Notes: generated by a model not told the origin, from the letters alone. Positions 11,102 to 17,317 are shown, counted from the stretch's first letter. The stretch: DNA of 20,000 nucleotides from an uncultured virus (IMG/VR IMGVR_UViG_3300047160_026157) (IMGVR_UViG_3300047160_026157), one strand, 5' to 3'. Numbers and translations are program-made.

Positions 11102-11800
11102 ATGATCGAGGTGGTACTGATGGCGGCTCTGGCCGGGCCCGCCCAGCAGACGCGGACGGCCCTGGCCAGCCCGGTCACGAGCCGGGCGGTGGCGCCGCCG
11201 GCCAGGAAGCCGGGTCTGCCCCAGGTGCGGCTCCAGGAGCGCTTCACGCAGGGGACCGGCGAGCAGACGGCGTGCTTCTTCTTCTTCGGCCTGCGTCCCC
11301 GGCCCGACCCCTTCCTGTACTTCCAGCTCCAGGGCCTCCGGGACGGCCAGATGCAGCTGGAGTTCCAGCAGCAATTGCAAACGCAACTACTGCTCCAGCT
11401 GCTCGCCCAGCGGCAGTACATGCAGCCGCAGATTGACCTCCGGATCGGCGGCGGCTACAGCTACGGCGGCGGCGGCGGGGGGTTTGTCGGCGGCTTCTCG
11501 GGCGGTTGCGGCCCCTTCGGCTGCCCCCCGACGCCGACGCCCTACGTGGGCCTGGATTCAGCGGGCGGGCCCGGGATGGGGGGTGCCGGTGTGCAGCCGC
11601 CCGGCCTGAGCGGACCTGGCCAGGGCGGTAGCCCGGGCCTTCCTCCCGGCCTGATGCCCGGCGGCGGCTACGGCCCGCCCCCGGGCGGCGGCTACGGTCC
11701 GAGCCCTGGGGGCCCGGCGCCCGGGATGGGTGCGGGCCCGGGCGGCTCGCCGGGTTACATTCACTACAGCCGCGGCCGCCTGGCCGTCCAGAGGCGCTAG
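11102..11800 (+). CDS. Secreted Gln/Gly/Pro-rich low-complexity protein
   Basis: AGGAGG RBS, ATG 11102, short hydrophobic leader, Q-rich then GP-rich repeats. Confidence 0.7.
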   Translation: MIEVVLMAALAGPAQQTRTALASPVTSRAVAPPARKPGLPQVRLQERFTQGTGEQTACFFFFGLRPRPDPFLYFQLQGLRDGQMQLEFQQQLQTQLLLQLLAQRQYMQPQIDLRIGGGYSYGGGGGGFVGGFSGGCGPFGCPPTPTPYVGLDSAGGPGMGGAGVQPPGLSGPGQGGSPGLPPGLMPGGGYGPPPGGGYGPSPGGPAPGMGAGPGGSPGYIHYSRGRLAVQRR

Positions 11801-11810
11801 GAGGCGAGCT

Positions 11811-11933
11811 GTGGCGGAGGGGCCCAGAGACGACTGGCCGGGCGTGGTCTTCTGCGTCCTGGTGCTGTTCGTCCTGGCCGTCTGCGCGGTGGGCCCCTCG
11901 TTCCTGTTCTTCCTCAACGGGATGTGCTGGTGA
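11811..11933 (+). CDS. Small single-pass membrane protein (40 aa)
   Basis: AGGAGG RBS, GTG start; MAEGPRDDWPGVVFCVLVLFVLAVCAVGPSFLFFLNGMCW. Confidence 0.6.
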   Translation: MAEGPRDDWPGVVFCVLVLFVLAVCAVGPSFLFFLNGMCW

Positions 11934-11968
11934 GATTCTGGGGCATGCCAAGAAGGAAAGGGAAAGCC

Positions 11969-12058
11969 GTCAGTACCGCCGGCTGAAGCCGGCGGCTTGT
12001 AGCTGGGGCAGTAGTTATCTGCTCGCCGCTACTAAATCAGGGCCACTGACAGGGGCCC
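11969..12058 (-). ncRNA. TnpB omegaRNA/reRNA-like scaffold at the element right end
   Basis: Hairpin GGGCC-CCTGTCAGT-GGCCC whose loop GTCAGT complements the terminal ACTGAC (pseudoknot), then a GTAGC/GCTAC stem and the terminal hairpin. Confidence 0.55.
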
Positions 12059-12216
12059 CTAGTGACCAGACCGGCCACCGTTGAACGAACCCTGTATCCT
12101 GTCGGCCTAACTGTTTACCCGGAGGGTGCCTTGTGGCCACGGCTCGCTCAACCCGCTTGTGCTTTTACCACCCGGCCGCGTGTTCGGCCGGTAACTCCCT
12201 AGCACTGACAGGGGGT

Positions 12217-12245
12217 AATCTACCCGGGTGGTCCGGGCTAGACAA
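12217..12245 (-). promoter_or_regulatory. sigma70-like promoter inside element 1
   Basis: TTGTCT-17 bp-TAGATT on the minus strand; conserved in element 2. Confidence 0.65.
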
Positions 12246-12320
12246 GGCTGGTAGCGAAACTTACCCGGAGGCGGCAATTCCTCCGCTGCCTGAAGGCAGC
12301 GGTGTCCTTGCCGAAGATTT

Positions 12321-12500
12321 ATGAGCACGGTTCCCGCCGCGATCAAGTGGGAGTTGAAGTGCTCCTGCGACACCTGCAAGAAGGTGCTGCACGAGAGCTT
12401 GTCCTCCAGCGAGGAGCAGTTCCGCGAGAACAGCGCGAAGGCGATGACCGCCTCGGAATTGCATGACTGCAAGGGTGCGCCGAAGCAGACGGGGTCCTGA
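12321..12500 (+). CDS. Small Cys/His protein (59 aa, MSTVPAAIKWELKCSCDTCKKVLHE..HDCKG)
   Basis: Manual translation; ATG immediately follows the element end; GC3-rich; CxCxxC..HxC. Confidence 0.6.
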   Translation: MSTVPAAIKWELKCSCDTCKKVLHESLSSSEEQFRENSAKAMTASELHDCKGAPKQTGS

Positions 12501-12503
12501 GCC

Positions 12504-12617
12504 ATGCAGAGCGACGGACCGCCGAGTGACTGGAGCGTGCTGACGCTGCTGGTGCTGATCGCCCTGGTGCTGCTGGCCTGGCTGGTGGGGCCCTACCTCC
12601 TCTCCCGGGTCCTTTGA
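12504..12617 (+). CDS. Small single-pass membrane protein (37 aa)
   Basis: Manual translation MQSDGPPSDWSVLTLLVLIALVLLAWLVGPYLLSRVL; similar to 11811-11933. Confidence 0.6.
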   Translation: MQSDGPPSDWSVLTLLVLIALVLLAWLVGPYLLSRVL

Positions 12618-12636
12618 CTACTCGGAAAAGCAAGTC

Positions 12637-12993
12637 GTGCTGCCTTTCTTCCTGACCTTCCTGGCGCCGGCCCCCCTGCCGCGGGAGAAGCCGGTCACCC
12701 AGCTGACCCCGGGTGCCTACACGGCACACTGGGGCGGGCGGCCCTTCCCGGTGCAGCTGGGCAAGGATGGCAGCTGGCACTGCCGCTGGGACGGGGTCGA
12801 GTGGTCCGGGGCCTGGGAGTGGCGGGCCGGGGAACGGATGCTCCACGTCAAGGAGAGCCCCGCAACGGGGCCCGAGGACTGGTTCTCGTGGGAGGCGACA
12901 CTGGACGCAAAGCTCCAGGGCGAGGCCCTGATCCTCTCGTCGGGGCCGCCCGAGACCTGGAGCTACCAGCCCGTCGAGTTCCAGCGGAAGTGA
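12637..12993 (+). CDS. Secreted Trp-rich beta-barrel-like protein (118 aa)
   Basis: Hydrophobic leader followed by APAPLPR, a post-signal motif I recall from Planctomycetota proteins. Confidence 0.65.
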   Translation: MLPFFLTFLAPAPLPREKPVTQLTPGAYTAHWGGRPFPVQLGKDGSWHCRWDGVEWSGAWEWRAGERMLHVKESPATGPEDWFSWEATLDAKLQGEALILSSGPPETWSYQPVEFQRK

Positions 12994-13306
12994 GGGAGCT
13001 ATTGGCCTCACCAAGCCGCACCATGCGATCCTCCGCCGCCAGGGCGGGCTGGCCGGCCACCGCGGCCGGCCGGTCGAGGACTGGGTCATCCAGGCCCGGC
13101 GGGAGATCGCCGCCGAGGTGATCGCCGAGCTGGCGGGCCAGAGTGGCCCTCTGGGCCCGCGGGCGGCCCGCGACGCCGTGGCCCTTGTCCTGGAGCAGGT
13201 TGCCGAGCGGCTGCGAGATTGAGCTATGAAGATTTCCGGCATTGGTGCGCGCCCCTCCGCTGGCTTTCGTCTGGAGGGGGCCGGATCAGCGGACGGGAAT
13301 GGCTGG

Positions 13307-13531
13307 CTACTCCGATGCCTCTAGCTCGCTCACCAGGGAAACCATCGTCGTTTCTAGGGCTGCGGCAAGCTGGCTGAGGACCAGCAGGGTAAGGTTTCGC
13401 TCCCCCCGTTCCACAAGGCTGATGTAGGTACGGTGCAGGCCCGCCTTGTCGGCAAGCGCCTCCTGACTCAACCCTTTCTGCTCTCGCCGCTTGCGCAGCA
13501 CTTTCCCGAACCGTGTAGCTAGGTTGTCCAC
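13307..13531 (-). CDS. XRE-family HTH regulator, R-M controller (C-protein)-like
   Basis: FGKVLRKRREQKGLSQEALADKAGLHRTYISLVERGERNLTL; HRTY recognition helix. Confidence 0.9.
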   Translation of the reverse strand: MDNLATRFGKVLRKRREQKGLSQEALADKAGLHRTYISLVERGERNLTLLVLSQLAAALETTMVSLVSELEASE

Positions 13532-13577
13532 TTTGCCGATACACCCCCGATGGGCATAGTGGACAAGACAACTGACC

Positions 13578-13607
13578 TTGACGCCACAGACTATAGTAAG
13601 CGATACT
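13578..13607 (+). promoter_or_regulatory. Putative MTase promoter with a C-box-like operator in the spacer
   Basis: TTGACG-18 bp-GATACT, with CAGACTATAGT (13587-13597) between the boxes. Confidence 0.5.
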
Positions 13608-13658
13608 TCATCCCTGTTGTGAACCGCTGTACAGGAGGAAGCCTTCTCCGGGGAGACG

Positions 13659-14597
13659 ATGGAAACGAACGGCAGCTTGAACGGCCACGCTCAAACCCCC
13701 GCCTGGGAAGTCCTGCAAGGGGATGCCTTCGACCTGTTCGACAGGTTGAAGCCCGGCAGCGTAGACCTTCTCATCACCAGCCCGCCGTATTGGGGGCTGC
13801 GTTCCTATGGCCTTTCGCACAACTGGAATATCTGGAACGACTGGCTGAAGGAACACGACAAGGAGGAACTGCCGTCCTACGGCTGGTACAGATCGCAAGG
13901 CGGGTGTCTGGGGCTAGAGCCGACTCCAGACTGGTACGCATCGAACATCACCAGCATCTTGGGGAAAGCCTGGGATGCCCTCAAGCTGTCTGGTAGCCTC
14001 TGGCTGAACATTGGGGATACCTACTTCGCCCGCTGGTCAAGCATCAGGCCAAAGGGGCGGCAGGGACTCGCCGGCCCGGATCGGGAGCGTAGGCGTGTGC
14101 CGATGGGTGGGTATCGGCAGGAGAAGCAGCTTCTCCTGATCCCCAGCAGGACAGCGATTCGGATGCAAGAAGACGGGTGGATTTTGCGGAACGATCTGAT
14201 CTGGTACAAGCCGAACGTACCGCCCCGGCATGAGAAGGATCGGCTGCCCCTGACCCATGAACACTTCTTCCACTTCGTCAAGAAGCCCACGGAGGGGAGG
14301 GCTACCTACTACTACGACAGGGACGAAGTGGAAGAACCGGGACATGACGTGGTGAAGCTGAACGTGGCTCCTGGCACGAACGGCCACAGCGCCACATTCC
14401 CCCAGGCGCTAATCACGCCACGGATTCTGAGCAGTTGCCCGAAGGGCGGGTTGGTGGTTGATCCCTTCTGCGGAACAGGAACGGCTCTGATCGTGGCAAG
14501 AGAACACGGACGGCGTGCGGTCGGCTTTGAGATTACCCCGAAGTTCGCTGAGGTCGCCAGGGAAGGACTTCGGGCTGTACATGTTTCGCTGTTCTGA
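13659..14597 (+). CDS. Beta-class N4-cytosine/N6-adenine DNA methyltransferase
   Basis: DLLITSPPYW (motif IV) N-terminal; HSATFP and DPFCGTGT (motif I) C-terminal; GGGAG RBS. Confidence 0.93.
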   Translation: METNGSLNGHAQTPAWEVLQGDAFDLFDRLKPGSVDLLITSPPYWGLRSYGLSHNWNIWNDWLKEHDKEELPSYGWYRSQGGCLGLEPTPDWYASNITSILGKAWDALKLSGSLWLNIGDTYFARWSSIRPKGRQGLAGPDRERRRVPMGGYRQEKQLLLIPSRTAIRMQEDGWILRNDLIWYKPNVPPRHEKDRLPLTHEHFFHFVKKPTEGRATYYYDRDEVEEPGHDVVKLNVAPGTNGHSATFPQALITPRILSSCPKGGLVVDPFCGTGTALIVAREHGRRAVGFEITPKFAEVAREGLRAVHVSLF

Positions 14598-14626
14598 AAA
14601 AGACGGGCAGGGCGGCGGGAGGGAAA

Positions 14627-15095
14627 TCACCGGCGGGGCCGGCGGTGCTGGGTGACGGGGCGCTGCCCGCCACAGCAGGGCTTCCGGGCCGGCTGGACCG
14701 TCGCAGGACTTGCAGGAGTGGCAGGAGTTGCACGGACTACCATGCTCGAACCGCACGGGTCACGGTGGAGGTTCAGAATGACCGTGCCGGTGCAGCAGGG
14801 AACCGTGGCGGTACAGGTGCAGTCAGTGGTGGTGGTCTGGCCGTCCGTCGTCCCGTTGAAGCTGGGCGGGTTGCAGGAACAGTTACAGCGACTATCCGGG
14901 TTGCAGTTGTTCGCTATCGGGTTCCATGACTGCGCCATGTCGATCCACTGGTATGTACAGGTTCCTGGGTTACTGCAATCGAACGGCCACTGCATGGCGA
15001 TGGGGATGTTGATATTCAGAGTTTCCATATCGCACAAGCCGCCGGGTAACTCAACCTCCCCGAAGCCGGTGTTGTCGGCCCCGCAGACAACAGGC
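14627..15095 (-). pseudogene. 5'-truncated Cys-rich protein fragment, homologous to the C-terminus of 6072-7442
   Basis: GTCTYQW..WNPIANNCN..CSCNPP..TTTDC..TVPCCTGTVILNLHR aligns by eye with GTCSWGC..WFPVSQGCN..CGCDPP..ATTQC..TVPGCC..GAVAVRVMR. Confidence 0.65.
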
Positions 15096-15198
15096 CCCCG
15101 AAGAGTTCCTTGTTGAAGTAGGACCATGCCGCCTGGTAGGCGCGAAACTGTTCCACTGTGGGCGGGGGCGGTTCTGGCTTTGGCTTGCTCTTGGCCAT
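15016..15198 (-). pseudogene. Truncated SprT-like metalloprotease N-terminus
   Basis: AGGAG RBS; PTVEQFRAYQAAWSYFNKELFGGLL resembles the SprT-like N-terminus. The resemblance ends at ~15090 and there is no HExxH motif. Confidence 0.6.
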
Positions 15199-15368
15199 GC
15201 TCATGCTCCTGTGTGTCCGGGCTGCCATCCTGCCAGGTACACCTGCGTCCCTCGCGTTCAGGATTTTCTGCCCGGCATCTCACTATACGGGCGCAAAGCC
15301 GCCTGGAAAGGCAAAAAACCCCTCAACTTGGCTGCGAAAAAAAATCTGAAATCCACGGGTACTGATGT

Positions 15369-15427
15369 GCCAGTTGTAAAGGGCGCAAGTCCTTGTGGGA
15401 GAAGGGGTCGCGCCCTTTACAACTGGC
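15369..15427. repeat. Perfect 18-bp inverted repeat with a 23-bp partly symmetric spacer
   Basis: GCCAGTTGTAAAGGGCGC (15369-15386) / GCGCCCTTTACAACTGGC (15410-15427). Confidence 0.9.
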
Positions 15428-15475
15428 CAATTGTAACCATGCCTTACGGCGGCTCTTGCGGCGAAAAAAAGTTCA

Positions 15476-15504
15476 TTGACAACCCCTGCGGCCCTGCCTA
15501 AACT
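15476..15504 (+). promoter_or_regulatory. Near-consensus sigma70 promoter
   Basis: TTGACA-17 bp-TAAACT with an upstream A-tract. Confidence 0.75.
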
Positions 15505-15555
15505 CCAATCGACGGGACGCGAAACCCACACACACGGCAACAGGAGAGCAACACC

Positions 15556-15792
15556 ATGAACCTGAAAGACTTGGCCACTACCCAGGCGCTCGTGACTATG
15601 GCGATGGAGCAGTACCACAAGGACTGTGAAGGGGCCGGCTTCATGGCCGAGATGCCCTCTCTGCGCGACTCCACCGTGAACGTCAAGACCGGGCGGGTGT
15701 TCTTCAACCGCACCCGTGGCCACCTTTGCAGCTACGTTCTCAAGGACGACAAGATGGTGCGGGAGGGTGACATCTACGGCGAGAAACAGTGA
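15556..15792 (+). CDS. Hypothetical protein (78 aa)
   Basis: AGGAG RBS and a strong promoter; the stop codon lies inside the terminus of element 2. Confidence 0.75.
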   Translation: MNLKDLATTQALVTMAMEQYHKDCEGAGFMAEMPSLRDSTVNVKTGRVFFNRTRGHLCSYVLKDDKMVREGDIYGEKQ

Positions 15793-15904
15793 CGACTCCG
15801 CTGCCTGAAGGCAGCGGCTTCTCGGGGCAGTACCCGCTGGTACTTATGCTGTGACACACACAACTGCCTTTCGACCCTGTGTGGCCTTTTACCCGCTGGC
15901 CCCG

Positions 15905-16435
15905 TCAGCAGGATCGGTAGGCCAGTATGGTTCGGAGGAAGGAAAGGAACTCTTCAGGCGTGCGATTCCTCTTCATCTCGTTCACTTCCCGGCAGACCCA
16001 CTCGATGTTTGTCGGGTCGGAACGAAGTTCGGGATGCTGGTCAAGGGGCTTGATGTGATCGACAGAGTCGTTGACCCCGAGGACGAGTGCGAAGCCCGTG
16101 TAAGAGCATCTGCCCCCTTGCGCCTGCAATCGCTCTTTCAGGGCTGTCCAGGACCGGCGAGAGCCGAGCCTGTTTTTCGCCTTGTTCTTGAGGTAACAGG
16201 TTTCGCAGTAGCGGTGGTGAAGGCCGGCGGCCTTCAGAGACTCAAGATAGGGCGTTTTCCCGCAGTGGGAACACAAGCCTTGAGAAACGTTCCTGCGATA
16301 CCGCCTGATCTGTGCTTCCCTGTGTCCCGTGTGACACGGCTTGCACCGTGTCGTTCCTGGACTCGGAGGGGATTTGCCACAGACCGTGCAAAGGCCCTGA
16401 GCGATCCTGCGGTAGTAATAGGTGTCTGCGACCAT
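15905..16435 (-). CDS. HNH endonuclease with two tandem N-terminal C4 zinc fingers (176 aa)
   Basis: GLCTVCG..RCKPC and GLCSHCG..YCETC, then QGGRCSYTG..SVDHIKP..NIEWVCREVNEMK. Confidence 0.9.
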   Translation of the reverse strand: MVADTYYYRRIAQGLCTVCGKSPPSPGTTRCKPCHTGHREAQIRRYRRNVSQGLCSHCGKTPYLESLKAAGLHHRYCETCYLKNKAKNRLGSRRSWTALKERLQAQGGRCSYTGFALVLGVNDSVDHIKPLDQHPELRSDPTNIEWVCREVNEMKRNRTPEEFLSFLRTILAYRSC

Positions 16436-16439
16436 AGGT

Positions 16440-16590
16440 CCCCGTCCAGGCCAGCCCCTGTCCTACAGGGGTTTACCGAAACCGTGTTCGGTGTCGTTCC
16501 AGGGAATCCGGTTGGGTTGGACCCCGCTTGTGGCGGGAAGGCCCTTTGGGCATGTACCGTGTACCACCGGCTTCCCCCGGCAACGAAGCA
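16440..16590 (-). ncRNA. Putative structured leader RNA upstream of the HNH gene (homologue at ~12077-12210)
   Basis: Motifs shared in the same order with element 1 (CCGG..TGGTA, CACAAGCGGG, CACC-hairpin-GGTAAAC, ACAGGG) and an equivalently placed helix. Confidence 0.55.
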
Positions 16591-16595
16591 AGTGC

Positions 16596-16623
16596 AGTCT
16601 ACCCGGGCGTTCCGGGAAGACAA
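16596..16623 (-). promoter_or_regulatory. sigma70-like promoter inside element 2
   Basis: TTGTCT-16 bp-TAGACT on the minus strand. Confidence 0.65.
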
Positions 16624-16700
16624 GGTTGGTAGCGAAACTCTCTCGGAGGGCGGCGATTCCCCCGCGGGCTGAAGCCCGCGGTACCCTCGCCGCGGTCGTC

Positions 16701-16949
16701 ATGGAGGAGGGCGGCCACCCGCACCTGTTTGGCCGCAAGCCGGGCGACACTGGCCGCGGGTGCTGCTACGACGAGGCGGAGGCGGAGTTCCTGCGTGCCT
16801 GCGAACAGTACCGCGAGCGGCAGCACCTGAAGTTCATGAAGGCGACGGACTACTTCAGGGTGGTGATCGAGCTGGGCTACGAAAAGCCCCCCGCCCAGAG
16901 CCCGGCCGGGACGACGCATCCGGCAGGAGAACCAGGCGGGGGGAAGTAG
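16701..16949 (+). CDS. Small conserved protein (YDEAEAEFLRACEQYRERQHLKF..VVIELGYEK)
   Basis: Resembles a recurrent Planctomycetota family (Y..EE.EF..A...YK....FPT......LGY.K), from recall. ATG abuts the element end. Confidence 0.75.
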   Translation: MEEGGHPHLFGRKPGDTGRGCCYDEAEAEFLRACEQYRERQHLKFMKATDYFRVVIELGYEKPPAQSPAGTTHPAGEPGGGK

Positions 16950-17022
16950 GGCCCCGGCCGGGGCCCGCAGCCGGCCGCTATCAGAAAACCGGCGGCAGGA
17001 ACGACACCCGGCCGGGGTGGCT

Positions 17023-17310
17023 TCAGGACTTTTTCCGGCGTCTGGCCTTCCGTTCCTTCTCTTCCTTTTCTTCTCTCTCCCGCTGCTCGCGCTGGCGGAT
17101 CTGCTCCGCAATGAGGGGATGGGAGCGGAAGCGCCGCTCGTAGGCGTCCAGGCAATCCTCGCACAGCTCGCCCGCCTGGGCCGCGGCCGCGGAGCGGGGC
17201 AACGGTTCGCCGGCGTCCAGGCGGTCCTGCCAGTGCTCGTGGCAGAGCCGGCGGCCGCCGCCCTGGGGCAACGGCACCACCGCCACGTCGAACGATGGGT
17301 TCCAGGTCAT
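17023..17310 (-). CDS. Hypothetical Zn-binding protein with a charged tail (alternative start 17346)
   Basis: LCHEH..LCEDC; E/R/K-rich C-terminus. Confidence 0.6.
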   Translation of the reverse strand: MTWNPSFDVAVVPLPQGGGRRLCHEHWQDRLDAGEPLPRSAAAAQAGELCEDCLDAYERRFRSHPLIAEQIRQREQREREEKEEKERKARRRKKS

Positions 17311-17317
17311 GGGCCGA

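Larger units (their letters stand above)
11969..12320 (-). mobile_element. Non-autonomous IS200/IS605-type element (PATE/MITE-like, no ORF)
   Basis: Subterminal hairpins CCGCCGGC-TGAA-GCCGGCGG (11976-11995) and CCGCTGCC-TGAA-GGCAGCGG (12283-12302, outer stem CGGCAA/TTGCCG). Minus-strand right end reads ..AAGCCGCCGGCTTCAGCCGGCGGTACTGAC and the left end follows TCAT. No TIRs or TSD. Confidence 0.8.
15789..16700 (-). mobile_element. IS200/IS605-type element carrying an HNH gene, with no tnpA/tnpB/iscB
   Basis: Hairpins CCGCTGCC-TGAA-GGCAGCGG (15798-15817) and CCGCGGGC-TGAA-GCCCGCGG (16662-16681, outer stem GCGGCGA/TCGCCGC). Minus-strand right end ..GGAGTCGTCAC; left end follows CCAT. Confidence 0.8.

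Noticed and set aside
11969..12120. Reading element 1 on the + strand as an IscB omegaRNA (GTCAGT.. start, GTGACCAGAC, 3' ATGA TAM)
   Set aside because: The promoter, the G-U wobble pairs and the HNH orientation in the sister element all point to the minus strand, and no IscB ORF is present. Not formally excluded.
12065..12215. Pistol-ribozyme-like arrangement (AAGCG, helix, GU; GTGCT/AGCAC pseudoknot)
   Set aside because: Lacks the conserved A-rich J1/2 linker, and the pairings are not reproduced in element 2. Needs cmscan to settle.
14627..15095. DGR template repeat for gene 6072-7442
   Set aside because: Similarity is at the protein level with indels, not adenine-specific, and there is no reverse transcriptase in the window.
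15851..16672. 273-aa + strand ORF across element 2
   Set aside because: Antisense to the clear HNH gene; no motifs.
11969..16700. IStron / group I intron interpretation of the elements
   Set aside because: No P7-type core motifs were seen, and the RNA is antisense to the host genes.
16950..17020. CCCCGGCCGGG / CCCGGCCGGGG inverted repeat between convergent genes
   Set aside because: Low-complexity GC sequence with a long spacer; may be a terminator but is not well supported.
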